Notes: generated by a model from the sequence alone, not told the origin. Shown: positions 1-12,168, numbered from the stretch's first letter. The stretch: DNA of 64,000 nucleotides from an uncultured Bacteroidales bacterium (GCA_902774335.1 CACYHW010000004.1:12478-76477), one strand, 5' to 3'. Made by a program: numbers and translations.

Positions 1-1802
1 AGCAGGTTCAGCAGCGTCAGATGGAGGCTCTGGAGCAGGAGATGGCCGAGAGCAAGGTGCTCAAGCTTACCGAGTTCGTGACAGCCAACGAGCTGGCCAC
101 CATGATGAACATACCCGTAACCCAGGTTATTGCAACCTGTATGAACGTAGGTATGATGGTGTCAATCAACCAGCGTCTGGATGCAGAGACCATCAACATC
201 GTGGCCGATGAGTACGGATTCACAACTGATTTTGTGAGCGCCGAGGTTGCCCAGCAGATCAGCGAGGAGAAGGATAAGGAGGAGGATCTGGTTCCGCGCG
301 CACCTATCGTAACCGTGATGGGTCACGTTGACCATGGTAAGACCTCTCTGCTTGACTATATCCGCAAGTCAAACGTGATTGCCGGTGAGGCCGGAGGTAT
401 CACACAGCATATAGGTGCCTATAACGTGAAACTGGATGACGGCCGTCATATCACGTTCCTGGATACCCCTGGTCACGAGGCCTTCACCGCCATGCGTGCC
501 CGTGGTGCTCAGGTAACAGATATCGCCATCATCATTGTCGCTGCCGATGACAACGTTATGCCCCAGACCAAGGAGGCTATCGCACACGCCACCGCAGCCG
601 GTGTACCTATAGTATTCGCAATCAACAAGGTCGATAAGCCCGCTGCCGATCCCGAGCGTATCAAGCAGGAACTGGCACAGATGAACTTCCTGGTTGAGGA
701 CTGGGGAGGTAAATACCAGAGCCAGGATATATCGGCCAAGCAGGGTATAGGTGTTCCTGAACTTATGGAGAAGGTGCTCCTGGAGGCTGAGATGCTTGAC
801 CTCAAGGCCAACCCCAACCGTAAGGCTACAGGTACCATCATAGAGTCGTCTCTGGACAAGGGCCGCGGTTATGTGGCTACCGTGCTGGTATCGAACGGTA
901 CCCTTAAGATGGGTGACATTGTGATTGCCGGAACATCATGGGGTAAGGTCAAGGCCATGTTCAACGAGCGTAACCAGAAGCTCAAATCGGCCGCTCCCGC
1001 AGAGCCTGTGCTGATTCTGGGTCTGAACGGCGCTCCCCAGGCCGGTGTAAGTTTCCACGTTGTGGACAGCGAGCGTGAGGCACGCGAGATTACCGGCAAG
1101 CGTGAGCAGCTGCAGCGTGAGCAGGGCGTACGTACCGCACAGACACTTACTCTGGACGAGCTTGGCCGCCGTATCAAGATGGGCGACTTCCACGAGCTCA
1201 ACCTTATTGTTAAGGCCGATGTGGACGGATCCGTTGAGGCTCTGAGCGACTCACTCATCAAGCTCTCTACCCCGAACGTTCAGGTAAATGTAATCCACAA
1301 GGCTGTAGGTGCCATCTCTGAGAGTGACGTGAGCCTGGCTGCCGCATCGAACGCCATCATCATCGGCTTTGATGTACGTCCGTCGGGTGCCGCCAAGAAG
1401 CTGGCCGAGCAGAACGATGTGGATATACGTATCTACTCTATCATATATGATGCCATCGACGAGGTCAAGTCGGCCATGGAGGGTCTGCTTGCACCCAAGG
1501 TCAAGGAGGAGGTTACATCAACCATCGAGGTCATGGAGGTGTTCCATATCTCAAAGGTTGGTATGGTAGCCGGCTGCCGTGTACGTGACGGTAAGGTTTC
1601 ACGTAACGACAAGGCCCGCGTAATCCGTGACGGTATTGTAATCCACACCGGTGAGATCCAGGCTCTTAAGCGTTTCAAGGATGACGTCAAGGAGGTACAG
1701 TCCGGTATGGAGTGCGGTATCAGCCTGGTATCATACAATGACATCAAGGAGGGTGATATGATTGAGACATTCACCCAGATTGAGGTTAAACAGACACTTT
1801 AA
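1..1802 (+). CDS. infB: Translation initiation factor IF-2, C-terminal ~595 codons (5' end lies outside the window)
   Basis: Frame is open from the window edge. GTPase motifs [12 protein letters not shown] (G1), DTPGH (G3) and NKVD (G4) are followed by IF-2 C-terminal domains. Stop at 1800-1802. Confidence 0.95.
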   Translation, partial: QVQQRQMEALEQEMAESKVLKLTEFVTANELATMMNIPVTQVIATCMNVGMMVSINQRLDAETINIVADEYGFTTDFVSAEVAQQISEEKDKEEDLVPRAPIVTVMGHVDHGKTSLLDYIRKSNVIAGEAGGITQHIGAYNVKLDDGRHITFLDTPGHEAFTAMRARGAQVTDIAIIIVAADDNVMPQTKEAIAHATAAGVPIVFAINKVDKPAADPERIKQELAQMNFLVEDWGGKYQSQDISAKQGIGVPELMEKVLLEAEMLDLKANPNRKATGTIIESSLDKGRGYVATVLVSNGTLKMGDIVIAGTSWGKVKAMFNERNQKLKSAAPAEPVLILGLNGAPQAGVSFHVVDSEREAREITGKREQLQREQGVRTAQTLTLDELGRRIKMGDFHELNLIVKADVDGSVEALSDSLIKLSTPNVQVNVIHKAVGAISESDVSLAAASNAIIIGFDVRPSGAAKKLAEQNDVDIRIYSIIYDAIDEVKSAMEGLLAPKVKEEVTSTIEVMEVFHISKVGMVAGCRVRDGKVSRNDKARVIRDGIVIHTGEIQALKRFKDDVKEVQSGMECGISLVSYNDIKEGDMIETFTQIEVKQTL

Positions 1803-1813
1803 TCCATAAGGTC

Positions 1814-2374
1814 ATGGTATTGGATTGGATTATCATGATAGTGATGCTGGCAGGTCTGATAGGGGGCATTGTCAAGGGTGTTATCCAGCAGATATTCAGC
1901 CTGGGAGGTCTTATCCTGGGAATTATCGTGGGTACACTGCTCTATGAACCCTTTGCCACTCTGCTTCTGAGCATCTTCAGGATGTCGGACCAGACGGCCA
2001 GGATCGTGGCTTTTGTGATAATACTGCTTGTGGTTCCCATGGTATGCGGACTGATTGGAAAGGGGCTGTCAAAGCTGGTCCATGCCGCCAACCTGGGCTT
2101 TATCGACAGGCTGCTGGGAGGCATCTTCGGACTCTTCAAGGCGGTGCTTGTAATGGGTCTGGTAATCATGGTGCTGGATATGATGGGCATCTCCGACAAG
2201 ATTGTCAGATATGAGGAGAAGAAACAGTCCCAGCTCTATGTACCCGTAAGTGAGTTTTCAGGATTCTGCCTGCAGTGGACCTGGAACAAGGTAAAGGAGA
2301 ATGCCGAGGACCTTATTCCTGAATACAAGAAAGAAGACACGAATAAAGATAAGAAAGACCAACAAAAGGTTTGA
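1814..2374 (+). CDS. cvpA: CvpA-family integral membrane protein
   Basis: 186 aa with four hydrophobic segments and a charged K/E/D-rich tail, typical of the CvpA family. Stop overlaps the sufB start. Confidence 0.7.
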   Translation: MVLDWIIMIVMLAGLIGGIVKGVIQQIFSLGGLILGIIVGTLLYEPFATLLLSIFRMSDQTARIVAFVIILLVVPMVCGLIGKGLSKLVHAANLGFIDRLLGGIFGLFKAVLVMGLVIMVLDMMGISDKIVRYEEKKQSQLYVPVSEFSGFCLQWTWNKVKENAEDLIPEYKKEDTNKDKKDQQKV

Positions 2375-3840
2375 AAGAATTGAATACCGAGACACAGGAC
2401 AACAGTCTGATCAGGGAGATCAGTGCCGAAAAGTACCGTTACGGTTTTACCACCGACGTACACACGGAGATTATAGACCGTGGCCTGACGGAGGATACCG
2501 TGCGTCTTATTTCGGAGCGCAAGGGCGAGCCGGAGTGGATGCTTGAGTTCCGCCTCAAGGCATACCGTCACTGGCTTACAATGGAAATGCCGCACTGGGC
2601 GCATCTGGATATTCCTGAGATAGACTATCAGAACATTTCATATTACGCCGATCCCACCGTAAAGAAGGAGGGACCCAAGAGTCTGGACGAGATAGACCCG
2701 CAGGTGATGAAGACCTTCGACAAGCTGGGTATACCCCTTGAGGAGCGTCTGGCACTGAGCGGCGGCGTGGCTGTGGATGCGGTCATGGACTCCGTATCGG
2801 TCAAGACCACCTTCAAGCAGACTCTGGCCGAGAAGGGTATCATATTCTGCTCCATGGGTGAGGCCGTAAAGAACCACCCCGACCTGATCAGACAGTATCT
2901 GGGAAGCGTGGTCAACTACCGTGACAATTTCTTTGCCGCACTCAACAGCGCGGTGTTCAGCGACGGATCGTTCGTATATATACCCAAGGGCGTGCGCTGC
3001 CCTATGGAACTGTCCACCTATTTCCGCATCAATGCGGCAGGAACAGGCCAGTTTGAGCGTACCCTGATTGTGGCCGATGACGACAGTTACGTATCCTATC
3101 TGGAGGGCTGCACCGCACCTATGCGCGATGAGAACCAGCTGCATGCCGCTATTGTGGAGATTGTGGTACTGGACCGCGCCGAGGTCAAGTACAGCACAGT
3201 GCAGAACTGGTATCCGGGCGATGAGAACGGCAAGGGTGGTGTATACAACTTTGTGACCAAGCGCGGACTCCTGAAGGGTGTGGACAGTAAATTGTCATGG
3301 ACCCAGGTGGAGACAGGCTCGGCCATAACATGGAAGTACCCCAGCTGCGTGCTTCAGGGTGACGGCTCACAGGGTGAGTTCTACTCGGTGGCCCTTACCA
3401 ACAACTGGCAGCAGGCCGATACGGGTACCAAGATGATACATCTGGGCCGTAACACCAAGAGTACGGTAATAAGCAAGGGTATATCGGCCGGACACAGCCA
3501 GAACTCTTACCGCGGACTTATCAAGGTGGGTGAGCATGCCGACGGAGCACGCAACTACAGCCAGTGTGACTCGCTGCTTCTGGGTAGCGACTGCGGTGCA
3601 CATACATTCCCATACATGGATGTAAAGAATGAGACTGCCATTGTGGAGCATGAAGCAACTACCTCCAAGATATCGGAGGATCAGCTGTTCTACTGCAACC
3701 AGCGTGGCATACCTATGGAACAGGCCATCGGCCTTATTGTTAACGGTTACGCCAAAGAGGTGCTCAACAAACTGCCTATGGAGTTTGCGGTCGAGGCCCA
3801 GCGCCTGCTTTCGGTGTCACTTGAAAATACGGTAGGTTAA
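2371..3840 (+). CDS. sufB: Fe-S cluster assembly protein SufB
   Basis: 489 aa with a SufB-like sequence throughout (YRYGFTTD..., ...FYCNQRGI...). First gene of a sufBCDS run. Apparent TTG start at 2371, with no nearby in-frame ATG. Confidence 0.93.
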   Translation: MKELNTETQDNSLIREISAEKYRYGFTTDVHTEIIDRGLTEDTVRLISERKGEPEWMLEFRLKAYRHWLTMEMPHWAHLDIPEIDYQNISYYADPTVKKEGPKSLDEIDPQVMKTFDKLGIPLEERLALSGGVAVDAVMDSVSVKTTFKQTLAEKGIIFCSMGEAVKNHPDLIRQYLGSVVNYRDNFFAALNSAVFSDGSFVYIPKGVRCPMELSTYFRINAAGTGQFERTLIVADDDSYVSYLEGCTAPMRDENQLHAAIVEIVVLDRAEVKYSTVQNWYPGDENGKGGVYNFVTKRGLLKGVDSKLSWTQVETGSAITWKYPSCVLQGDGSQGEFYSVALTNNWQQADTGTKMIHLGRNTKSTVISKGISAGHSQNSYRGLIKVGEHADGARNYSQCDSLLLGSDCGAHTFPYMDVKNETAIVEHEATTSKISEDQLFYCNQRGIPMEQAIGLIVNGYAKEVLNKLPMEFAVEAQRLLSVSLENTVG

Positions 3841-3842
3841 CT

Positions 3843-4607
3843 ATGATGCTAAAGATTGAAGACCTTCATGCCGGAATAGAAGGCAAAGAGATATTGAAAG
3901 GTATTAACCTTGAGGTGAATGCCGGTGAGGTTCATGCCATAATGGGTCCCAACGGATCGGGTAAGAGTACCATGAGCAACGTGCTTGTGGGCCATCCCAA
4001 GTATGGCGTGACCCAGGGTAAGATTACATTCAAGGGACAGGACCTTCTGGCCATGACTGCCGAGGAGCGCAGCCATCAGGGTATGTTCATGTCGTTCCAG
4101 TATCCGGTCGAGATACCCGGAGTGAGCATGACAAACTTTATGCGTACCGCCATTAACGAGAAGCGCAAGGCCCTGGGACAGCAGCCGCTTTCGCCCACCG
4201 ATTTCCTTAAGCTTATCAAGGAAAAACGTGACCTTGTAAAACTGGACGCCAAGTTCATGAACCGCTCGGTCAACGAGGGATTCAGCGGCGGTGAGAAAAA
4301 ACGTAATGAGATATTCCAGATGGCCATGCTTGAGCCGTCATTGAGCATACTGGACGAAACTGATTCAGGTCTTGACATTGATGCCTTGCGTATTGTGGCC
4401 GACGGAGTTAACCGTCTCAAGAGCCCCGAGACATCGGTTATAGTGATTACACATTACCAACGTCTGCTGGACTATATAAAACCCGACATTGTTCATGTGC
4501 TTTATCAGGGCCGTATCATCAAGACCGCAGGCCCCGAGCTTGCGCTTGAACTCGAGGAGCGTGGTTATGACTGGGTTATTAAGGAGTTTGAGGATTCCCA
4601 GAAATGA
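3843..4607 (+). CDS. sufC: Fe-S cluster assembly ATPase SufC
   Basis: Walker A GPNGSGKST, ABC signature FSGGEKKR and Walker B ILDETDSGLD. ATGA overlap with sufD. Confidence 0.95.
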   Translation: MMLKIEDLHAGIEGKEILKGINLEVNAGEVHAIMGPNGSGKSTMSNVLVGHPKYGVTQGKITFKGQDLLAMTAEERSHQGMFMSFQYPVEIPGVSMTNFMRTAINEKRKALGQQPLSPTDFLKLIKEKRDLVKLDAKFMNRSVNEGFSGGEKKRNEIFQMAMLEPSLSILDETDSGLDIDALRIVADGVNRLKSPETSVIVITHYQRLLDYIKPDIVHVLYQGRIIKTAGPELALELEERGYDWVIKEFEDSQK

Positions 4608-5950
4608 GTGCCGGTAAGAACTACATAGATATATTCTCCGGTAACAGAGACCTTATAGACAAAGGTTCGGCCGGAGCGATGAATGCCCTGCGTGACAAGG
4701 CGTTGGATTGTCTGGTTCGTAACGGTCTGCCCCACAAAGGTCTCGAGGAGTACCTGCATACCGATGTTGAGGAATGGTTCGAGCCAGACTGGGGCATGAA
4801 CCTGAGCCGCATCGACATGCATGTGGACCAGGCACAGGCATTCAAGTGCAACGTTCCCAACCTGAGCACGCAACTCTATTTCCTGGCTAACGACGAGTTT
4901 GCTGCCTCCGATACCGCCCAGAAGGCTCAGCTGCCAGACGGTGTGTATGTGGGAAGCCTTCGTCAAGCCGCCAGGATCAATCCCGGAATAGTTGAGCCCT
5001 ATTATGGCAAACTGGCCGATATGGACCGTCCGGGTATAGCCGCTTTCAACACAATGTTCGCCCAGGACGGAATGCTTGTCTATATTCCCGATGGCGTTGT
5101 GATGGAAAAAACCCTGCAGTTGGTAACGCTCCTGCAGTCGCCGGTGGACCTCTTGACCAACCGCAGGATTCTGATAGTTCTGGGACGCAATTCACAGCTC
5201 AAATTCCTGCTCTGCGACCACACTTTGACTACGAATAACTTTTTATCGACTCAGGTGGTCGAGATATTCGCGGGCCAGGGCTCAAATCTTGAGTTCTACG
5301 ATCTTGAGGAGACTCATAACGCAAACAGGCGTGTATCAGAACTTTATATAAGTCAGGAGGCCGACAGCCACATCGAAGCCGACTATGTAACGCTTCATAA
5401 CGGCCAGACACGCAACACCGTGTTCTCGACATTCGCCGGACGCGGCGCTTTCCTGTCCCTGAACGGCATTGCCATTACCGACAGGGAGCAGCATGTGGAC
5501 AATATGACCTTTGTGGATCATCGCGTATCGGACTGCACCAGTACGGAACTCTTCAAGTATGTGCTTGATGAGCAGTCAACGGGTGCTTTTGCCGGTAAGG
5601 TGCTGGTACGTCACGGAGCACAGCATACTGAATCACAGCAGACCAACCGCAATATATGCCTGACACGCCAGGCCCGTATGTTCACCCAGCCTCAGCTGGA
5701 GATATATGCCGACGATGTCAAGTGTTCACACGGCGCTACCGTAGGACAACTGGACGAGAATGCCATGTTCTACATGCGTCAGCGCGGTATTCCCGAGGCC
5801 GAGGCACGTATGATGCTCATGCAGGCTTTTGTGGGCGAGGTTATAGGACACGTATCGTTGGAACCGCTGCGTGACCGTCTTAACCGTTTGGTGGAAAAAC
5901 GTTTACGCGGTGAGCTTTCCAAGTGCGAAGGCTGCCGTGCATGCAGATAA
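4604..5950 (+). CDS. sufD: Fe-S cluster assembly protein SufD
   Basis: 448 aa with a SufB/SufD-family C-terminal beta-helix region (QTNRNI..., CSHGATVGQLDE, FYMRQRGI). Position between sufC and sufS. Confidence 0.85.
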   Translation: MSAGKNYIDIFSGNRDLIDKGSAGAMNALRDKALDCLVRNGLPHKGLEEYLHTDVEEWFEPDWGMNLSRIDMHVDQAQAFKCNVPNLSTQLYFLANDEFAASDTAQKAQLPDGVYVGSLRQAARINPGIVEPYYGKLADMDRPGIAAFNTMFAQDGMLVYIPDGVVMEKTLQLVTLLQSPVDLLTNRRILIVLGRNSQLKFLLCDHTLTTNNFLSTQVVEIFAGQGSNLEFYDLEETHNANRRVSELYISQEADSHIEADYVTLHNGQTRNTVFSTFAGRGAFLSLNGIAITDREQHVDNMTFVDHRVSDCTSTELFKYVLDEQSTGAFAGKVLVRHGAQHTESQQTNRNICLTRQARMFTQPQLEIYADDVKCSHGATVGQLDENAMFYMRQRGIPEAEARMMLMQAFVGEVIGHVSLEPLRDRLNRLVEKRLRGELSKCEGCRACR

Positions 5951-5962
5951 ACAAGGAGGATT

Positions 5963-7177
5963 ATGATTGACGTAGAGAGTATTCGCAGGGATTTTCCCAT
6001 TCTGGGACGTGAGGTGTACGGTAAACCGCTGGTTTATCTGGACAATGCGGCAACCACCCAGAAGCCTCAGTGCGTCATTGATTCCATAAGTGACGCATAC
6101 CGCAATGTGAACGCCAACGTGCACCGCGGCATACATTTCCTGTCACAGGAGGCCACCGACCTGATGGAGGCTGCCCGTGAAAAGGTGCGTCAGTTCATTA
6201 ATGCCGGCAGCACGCAGGAGGTTGTCTTTACCCGTGGCACCACCGAGAGCATCAACCTTCTGGCCAGTTCGTTTGCAGCTGCGTTCCTTAAGGAGGGCGA
6301 CGAGGTAATCATATCCGGCATGGAGCATCACAGCAACATCGTCCCCTGGCAGATTCAGGCTTCAAGGTACGGTTTCGTGCTTAAAATTATACCTGTAACC
6401 GATCGCGGAGAGCTGGATATGGAGGCTTTGGGCGCTCTTTTGTCGGCCAAAACCAAACTTATAAGCATTACACACGTTTCCAATGTGTTGGGTACGGTGA
6501 ATGATATCTCCGGAATTATTGCCATGGCCCATTCGCACGGTATTCCGGTGGCTGTCGACGGTGCTCAGTCGGTTCCTCACATTAAAGTCGACGTCCAGGC
6601 GCTGGGTGCCGATTTCTACGCATTCAGCGGACACAAGATTTACGGCCCCACAGGCATCGGTGTACTCTACGGCCGCAGGGAACTGCTGGAAAAGATGCCT
6701 CCTTACCAGGGCGGCGGTGAGATGATCCGTAAGGTGACATTTGACGGTACGACATATAACGAACTCCCATACAAGTTCGAGGCAGGTACCCCCGATTACA
6801 TAGGCTCCATAGCTCTTGCCAAGGCGCTTGACTATGTGGATGCCATAGGTATGGATGCCATTGCCGATTATGAAAAGTCGCTGTGCGGCTATGCCCTGGA
6901 GCGTCTTGAATCAATTCCCGGTATGCGCATCATAGGCCGGTCCGCACACCGCAGCGGAGTCATTTCGTTCCTTGTAGGCAATATTCATCCCTCCGATATG
7001 GGTACGCTGCTGGACCGTCTGGGCATTGCAGTACGTACCGGACATCACTGCGCCGAGCCTCTGATGGACCGTCTGGGTATTCCCGGCACGGTGCGCGCAT
7101 CGTTCTCATTTTACAATACCAGGGCCGAAATAGAGACACTGGCAGCCGGAATAGAGCGCGTAAGCAAAATGTTTTAA
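5963..7177 (+). CDS. sufS: Cysteine desulfurase SufS (class V aminotransferase)
   Basis: PLP-lysine context FSGHKIYGPTGIG and catalytic Cys context RTGHHCAEP. 404 aa. Confidence 0.93.
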   Translation: MIDVESIRRDFPILGREVYGKPLVYLDNAATTQKPQCVIDSISDAYRNVNANVHRGIHFLSQEATDLMEAAREKVRQFINAGSTQEVVFTRGTTESINLLASSFAAAFLKEGDEVIISGMEHHSNIVPWQIQASRYGFVLKIIPVTDRGELDMEALGALLSAKTKLISITHVSNVLGTVNDISGIIAMAHSHGIPVAVDGAQSVPHIKVDVQALGADFYAFSGHKIYGPTGIGVLYGRRELLEKMPPYQGGGEMIRKVTFDGTTYNELPYKFEAGTPDYIGSIALAKALDYVDAIGMDAIADYEKSLCGYALERLESIPGMRIIGRSAHRSGVISFLVGNIHPSDMGTLLDRLGIAVRTGHHCAEPLMDRLGIPGTVRASFSFYNTRAEIETLAAGIERVSKMF

Positions 7178-7219
7178 CAAATTTTTGCTGTTCGAGGTAC
7201 AAGTAAATGATTTTTACCT

Positions 7220-7227
7220 TACCTTTG
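7220..7227 (+). promoter_or_regulatory. Candidate Bacteroides-type -7 promoter box (TACCTTTG)
   Basis: Matches TAnnTTTG, 35 nt upstream of the ATG at 7262. Confidence 0.4.
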
Positions 7228-7261
7228 ATTTTCAGATAACTTACTAACTAATTGATATTTT

Positions 7262-8815
7262 ATGAAAAGACTATTCTGTTTGGCATCAGCGATGCTGATG
7301 TGTGTATTTGCATTTTTATCATGTGAGGATGACAAGAATGATGATCTGAAAGGCGGTGGCAGTGGCCGTGAAAGCGGAACCTTCCTCCCCATGGATAAGC
7401 AGATTACAGCGTTCAATGATGCTTTCATTCAGGCTGGCGATGCCGTTGATTTTTCAGATTTAGGCGACGCCACTTCAATAATGATTCAGTCGTTTGCGTG
7501 CGACTCAATTGACGTTATGCCCGCCTTCGCTACTCTTCAGGCCGATGAGTTGACTGCCGCCAAAATGAAAGCTGTTGCCGGTGACGAGGAATGGAAGAAT
7601 GATTTCAAGGCTCTGTTCAGCAAATACCAGGAAGGATCTCTGGATGAGGACGGTGCTCTGGATGTCATTTTCAGTTTCACTCCCGTAGATCTGGACGACA
7701 TTTACTTTGGAGTTGACCTTGAGTTGGTTGACACCATTCTGAACGACAACTTCCTGTTAAAGAAGGTCAAGGTTAAGAGGATTAACCATGATGTCGATAA
7801 GTATGTCATCAATATCGCCTCCTCGGGCCATAATTTCTCGTTCTCTTTCAGGCTCACCAGGGATGAGATAGAGAGAGTGGTAGTTACCGACCAGGCCGGT
7901 ACCGATACCGCCTTTGCAATAAACCTTCCTAAGTTTATCGATGCTGCGGTGACTGTGGACGGAAAGAATTTCTTCTCGTACGATGCCTATACCGTCACAG
8001 ACTTTGTATTGGATGGAAAACTGGATAGAGTGAATGATAAGGATACGCTGACCGGTCTTGTACTGAACGGCTCCTATTTTCAGAGCGAGGGCATAGCAGC
8101 TCTTGGTACCAATAAGTTCAATGCATTAGCCCGTTACTTAGGTGAAGAGGGTATTACCTTAAGGGGAAAGGTATCGAGCGGTTCCGATGAAATATTCTCT
8201 GCAAATTTAGGAATCATGGCTGAGCTCTCCCCCTCAATGAACCTGAAGAACACCATGGCGTTGGGTCTCTGGGCTATGGGTGCCATTAAGTCTGTAACTG
8301 CCGATGCCAAACTTGGCGGCGATAAGATCAGCATCGTGGCCGGTTTTGACCAGAATCCCGTTACGGCATTGTTAAGTGTTGCCACCTCAACGGAGCAGGA
8401 GGAAATCCTTGAAGTTGTGGATACCTTGAACGCTCACTTTACCTGCAACATATTCTTCAAGGGTTATGATGAGGCTCAGGCAAAGATCAAACTGGCACAG
8501 AAGGCTCCCAAGGAGATTCTTCACGTTGATGAAGGATCGTTTTTTGACAATTTAACGGCAGGTATTGCCAATTCAGGTGTCTACTTTGCCGTGGAGACAT
8601 TCGACAAAGACGGTAACGTGATCACTATGCCTGCCGATAAGTATTTCACTCAGATTGATATGAACTCCTTCCAGGAGCTTATGACCGAGAAGTTCAACAA
8701 CATGTTCGCCGAAGTGCTCGCTCCGCTTTTCGGAGTTGACCCGGATGAATTTGACCTGACCGACCTGATTATGGGAAAGGCCGATTCCTATATGGCCCGG
8801 AAAGGATATAAGTAA
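7262..8815 (+). CDS. Hypothetical lipoprotein, function unknown
   Basis: 517 aa. Signal peptide with lipobox (AFLSC|EDD). Acidic, with no catalytic motif I recognise. Monocistronic, with its own promoter box and terminator. Confidence 0.75.
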   Translation: MKRLFCLASAMLMCVFAFLSCEDDKNDDLKGGGSGRESGTFLPMDKQITAFNDAFIQAGDAVDFSDLGDATSIMIQSFACDSIDVMPAFATLQADELTAAKMKAVAGDEEWKNDFKALFSKYQEGSLDEDGALDVIFSFTPVDLDDIYFGVDLELVDTILNDNFLLKKVKVKRINHDVDKYVINIASSGHNFSFSFRLTRDEIERVVVTDQAGTDTAFAINLPKFIDAAVTVDGKNFFSYDAYTVTDFVLDGKLDRVNDKDTLTGLVLNGSYFQSEGIAALGTNKFNALARYLGEEGITLRGKVSSGSDEIFSANLGIMAELSPSMNLKNTMALGLWAMGAIKSVTADAKLGGDKISIVAGFDQNPVTALLSVATSTEQEEILEVVDTLNAHFTCNIFFKGYDEAQAKIKLAQKAPKEILHVDEGSFFDNLTAGIANSGVYFAVETFDKDGNVITMPADKYFTQIDMNSFQELMTEKFNNMFAEVLAPLFGVDPDEFDLTDLIMGKADSYMARKGYK

Positions 8816-8835
8816 GCGGTCATATCGTTTATGGC

Positions 8836-8871
8836 AAAAAAAGGCAGCTGCACCGTGCGGCTGCCTTTTTT
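8836..8871. terminator. Hairpin terminator with A-run and T-run flanks
   Basis: aaaaaaa-ggcagc-[loop]-gctgcc-tttttt, directly after the stop at 8815. Confidence 0.6.
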
Positions 8872-8918
8872 ACATATTTTTAAACAGGTTATTAATAATA
8901 AGAATGTTAAAAATGTAG

Positions 8919-8926
8919 TACCTTTG
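8919..8926 (+). promoter_or_regulatory. Candidate -7 promoter box (TACCTTTG) for gpmI
   Basis: Matches TAnnTTTG, 38 nt upstream of the ATG at 8964. Confidence 0.4.
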
Positions 8927-8963
8927 CAGCCTGAAAATTCAGAAGGAAAATTAATTACGATAT

Positions 8964-10466
8964 ATGAAACAGAAAGCACTTCTTATGATTCTGGACGGCT
9001 GGGGCATTGGTAACCGCTCCAAGGCCGATGTAATCTACAACACTCCCACTCCTTACATGGATTATCTGAACGCAAATTATCCTAACGCTCAACTGCTTGC
9101 AAGCGGTGAGAACGTAGGTCTTCCCGACGGACAGATGGGTAACTCGGAGGTTGGTCATCTTAACATCGGTGCCGGCCGCGTGGTTTATCAGGACCTGGTA
9201 AAGGTTAACCGCGCCATCGCTGACGGCAGCATCCGCCAGAACAAGGAGGTTGTTTCGGCATACAGCTACGCCAAGGAGAGCGGCAAGAAGCTGCACTTGA
9301 TGGGTCTTGTATCGGACGGCGGCGTTCACAGCTCACTGGAGCACCTGTTCTGCCTGACCGACATAGCCCGCGAGTACGGAATCGACAAGACATACGTACA
9401 CTGCTTCATGGACGGTCGTGATACCGACCCCAAGAGCGGTAAGGGTTTCATCGATCAGCTGGTTAAGCGCGGTGACAAGGTTGCCACCATCATCGGCCGT
9501 TACTATGCAATGGACCGTGACAAGCGCTGGGAGCGTGTCAAGATCGCTTACGATCAGCTGGTAGGCGGCGAGGGCCGTAAGGTTTCAGATATGGTAAAGG
9601 CTGTCGAGGAGTCATATGCCGAGGGCGTGACCGACGAGTTCATGAAGCCTATCGTTAACGAGGCTTATGACAGCCGCATCGAGGAGGGTGATGTTATCAT
9701 CTTCTTCAACTTCCGTAACGACCGCGCCAAGGAGCTCACCATCGTCCTGACTCAGAAGGATATGGATGCCGAGGGCATGCACACCATCCCCGGCCTTCAG
9801 TACTACTGCCTCACTCCGTACGATGCCTCATTCACCGGTGTTCACATCCTGTTCGACAAGGAGAACGTGAACAACACTCTGGGTGAGTATCTGTCGGCTC
9901 AGGGTCTCAAGCAGCTGCACATTGCCGAGACCGAGAAGTACGCTCACGTTACATTCTTCCTGAACGGCGGCCGCGAGCTTCCGTTCGAGGGCGAGGACCG
10001 TATCCTGGTTCCCTCCCCCAAGGTTGCCACTTATGACCTGCAGCCTGAGATGAGCGCTTACATTGTACGTGACAAGCTGGTCGAGGCCATAGGCACCGAC
10101 AAGTACGACTTTATTGTTGTAAACTTTGCCAACGGTGACATGGTAGGTCACACCGGCGTATACGAGGCTATCGAGAAGGCTGTCGTTGCCGTTGATGCCT
10201 GCGTTCACGATGTTATCGAGGCTGCCAAGGCTCACGGTTACGAGGCTGTCATCATTGCCGACCACGGTAATGCCGACAATGCCCTCAACCCCGACGGCAC
10301 ACCCAACACCGCTCACTCACTGAATCCTGTTCCCGTAATCTACGTAACTTCACGTGAGGGCGCCAAGGTTGAGTCGGGAATTCTGGCCGATGTGGCTCCG
10401 TCCATCCTCACCATCATGGGTCTTCCCATCCCTGCCGAGATGAACGGAAAGGTACTGATTTCATAA
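8964..10466 (+). CDS. gpmI: 2,3-bisphosphoglycerate-independent phosphoglycerate mutase
   Basis: 500 aa. iPGM hallmarks [22 protein letters not shown] and ADHGNAD. Confidence 0.95.
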   Translation: MKQKALLMILDGWGIGNRSKADVIYNTPTPYMDYLNANYPNAQLLASGENVGLPDGQMGNSEVGHLNIGAGRVVYQDLVKVNRAIADGSIRQNKEVVSAYSYAKESGKKLHLMGLVSDGGVHSSLEHLFCLTDIAREYGIDKTYVHCFMDGRDTDPKSGKGFIDQLVKRGDKVATIIGRYYAMDRDKRWERVKIAYDQLVGGEGRKVSDMVKAVEESYAEGVTDEFMKPIVNEAYDSRIEEGDVIIFFNFRNDRAKELTIVLTQKDMDAEGMHTIPGLQYYCLTPYDASFTGVHILFDKENVNNTLGEYLSAQGLKQLHIAETEKYAHVTFFLNGGRELPFEGEDRILVPSPKVATYDLQPEMSAYIVRDKLVEAIGTDKYDFIVVNFANGDMVGHTGVYEAIEKAVVAVDACVHDVIEAAKAHGYEAVIIADHGNADNALNPDGTPNTAHSLNPVPVIYVTSREGAKVESGILADVAPSILTIMGLPIPAEMNGKVLIS

Positions 10467-10487
10467 GCAAGCATTAATAAACACCAT

Positions 10488-10527
10488 AACCGACGGTCTC
10501 AATCAAGTCCGTCGGTTGTGCTTTTTT
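10488..10527 (+). terminator. Rho-independent terminator after gpmI
   Basis: aaccgacgg-[12-nt loop]-ccgtcggtt, followed by gtgctttttt. Confidence 0.65.
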
Positions 10528-10536
10528 CCATACTAA

Positions 10537-11946
10537 ATGAAACTAATCCCCATATACACATGGAACAGGAGCATGCTCCAGTTCAACCGTAAGCGTGACA
10601 AACTGACCCGTCAGCCTTGGACACAGGGCGTACTGCTCCTGCTGTGCGTCATCATAGCCATGCTGCTGGCCAATCTGCCCACTGTGAGCACATACTATAG
10701 GGCGTTCCTTGAGACCAATATCCAGATACACCTCCAGAGCCCTCACGGCGAGGTGAACTGGCTCTTCCCGCATGACATGACCATCGAGAAGTTCATCAAT
10801 GACATACTCATGGTGATTTTCTTCTTCACGGTGGGTCTGGAGATCAAGCGTGAGGTGGCTCACGGCGAACTCTCATCCATCAAGAAGGCCATGCTGCCGG
10901 TTATCGCTGCATTTGGCGGCGTAATCATGCCGGCACTGCTCTATACTCTGGTAAACCACGGTACACCGGCCGCATCGGGCTGGGGTATTCCTACGGCTAC
11001 CGATATCGCGTTTGCAGTGTGCATCCTGTCTGTGCTGGGTGACCGCGTTCCGGTATCGCTCAAGGTGTTCCTGACCGCCCTTGCCATTGCCGATGACCTT
11101 ATAGCCATACTTGTGGTGGCACTGTTCTACGGCGGACAGATTAACTTTATGCTGCTGGGATTGTCGGTTGTGGTTATCTGTGTGGCTCTGCTCTTTTCAC
11201 ACTTCGGACAGAAACATATCTGGGTATATCTGGTGCTGGCAATCCTTTTGTGGGTACTCTTCTACTACTCGGGTATACACGCTACCATGTCGGGTGTGGT
11301 TATGGCGTTCGTCATTCCCTCAAAGGCCCGTTTTGAGCGTCCTTACGTGCTTCACAAGATCAAGTTCTTCTCACAAAAGCTGCTCTCGTTCGACCAGATT
11401 GACGACGAGACCATGTTCCCCAACGGTCCCCAGCGCCATTTCCTGCGCCGTATCCACAAAACCGCATACGGATCGCTGGATATGAGCTACCGCGTGGAGC
11501 ACGCGCTTTCACCTTGGGTGAACTTCTTTATCATGCCAATATTCGCGCTGGCCAATGCCGGTGTCGAGATACCCGACCTCTCTTACTTCAATCTGCTGAA
11601 CACACAGGGTGTGGCAGGCGGAGTAGGTCTGGGCATATTCCTGGGACTGGTTCTGGGCAAGCCGCTGGGCATCACCCTGTTCAGTCTGGGCGCCATCAAG
11701 TCACGTCTGTGCGAGATGCCCGACAAGGCCACTTGGGCTATGTTCTTTGCGGTAGCCTGCCTGGGAGGTATAGGATTTACAATGTCAATCTTTGTAGACA
11801 CGCTCTCCTTCCAGGATGTGGCTGCAGTTGAGGAAATGAGAAATGCCGGCAAGATAGCCATTCTTGTTGGCTCGCTCGCTGCCGGCATTTTAGGTTCTGT
11901 ACTTATTACCCTGGTGTCAAAGACCGGTCACTCAGCCGAGAACTGA
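10537..11946 (+). CDS. nhaA: Na+/H+ antiporter NhaA
   Basis: 469 aa and polytopic. NhaA signature region [18 protein letters not shown]. The start could instead be the internal Met at 10573. Confidence 0.88.
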   Translation: MKLIPIYTWNRSMLQFNRKRDKLTRQPWTQGVLLLLCVIIAMLLANLPTVSTYYRAFLETNIQIHLQSPHGEVNWLFPHDMTIEKFINDILMVIFFFTVGLEIKREVAHGELSSIKKAMLPVIAAFGGVIMPALLYTLVNHGTPAASGWGIPTATDIAFAVCILSVLGDRVPVSLKVFLTALAIADDLIAILVVALFYGGQINFMLLGLSVVVICVALLFSHFGQKHIWVYLVLAILLWVLFYYSGIHATMSGVVMAFVIPSKARFERPYVLHKIKFFSQKLLSFDQIDDETMFPNGPQRHFLRRIHKTAYGSLDMSYRVEHALSPWVNFFIMPIFALANAGVEIPDLSYFNLLNTQGVAGGVGLGIFLGLVLGKPLGITLFSLGAIKSRLCEMPDKATWAMFFAVACLGGIGFTMSIFVDTLSFQDVAAVEEMRNAGKIAILVGSLAAGILGSVLITLVSKTGHSAEN

Positions 11947-12086
11947 TCCTTTCCTACACCGCACATAGGGCATACAAAATCATCGGGTACTTCCTCCCAG
12001 GGGGTACCCGGTTCTATTCCACCCTCAGGATAACCTTCGGCGGGATCATACTCCCAACCGCACATATCACATATGTACTTACTCAT
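11928..12086 (-). CDS. Rubredoxin
   Basis: 52 aa from the ATG at 12086 ([15 protein letters not shown]...[13 protein letters not shown]), with two CxxCG knuckles. I reject the longer 70-aa ORF start. The 3' end overlaps the nhaA 3' end by 19 bp. Confidence 0.9.
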   Translation of the reverse strand: MSKYICDMCGWEYDPAEGYPEGGIEPGTPWEEVPDDFVCPMCGVGKDQFSAE

Positions 12087-12160
12087 AACTGTTGGTTTTA
12101 AGGTTGATGTCGTTTCTGCAAAAATAGAAATATGAATCAAATAATCAAGCGGATTTGAAC

Positions 12161-12168
12161 TATATTTG
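12161..12168 (+). promoter_or_regulatory. Candidate -7 promoter box (TATATTTG) for the flavodiiron gene
   Basis: Matches TAnnTTTG, 21 nt upstream of the ATG at 12189. It contains the GTG that the ORF track used as a start. Confidence 0.4.
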
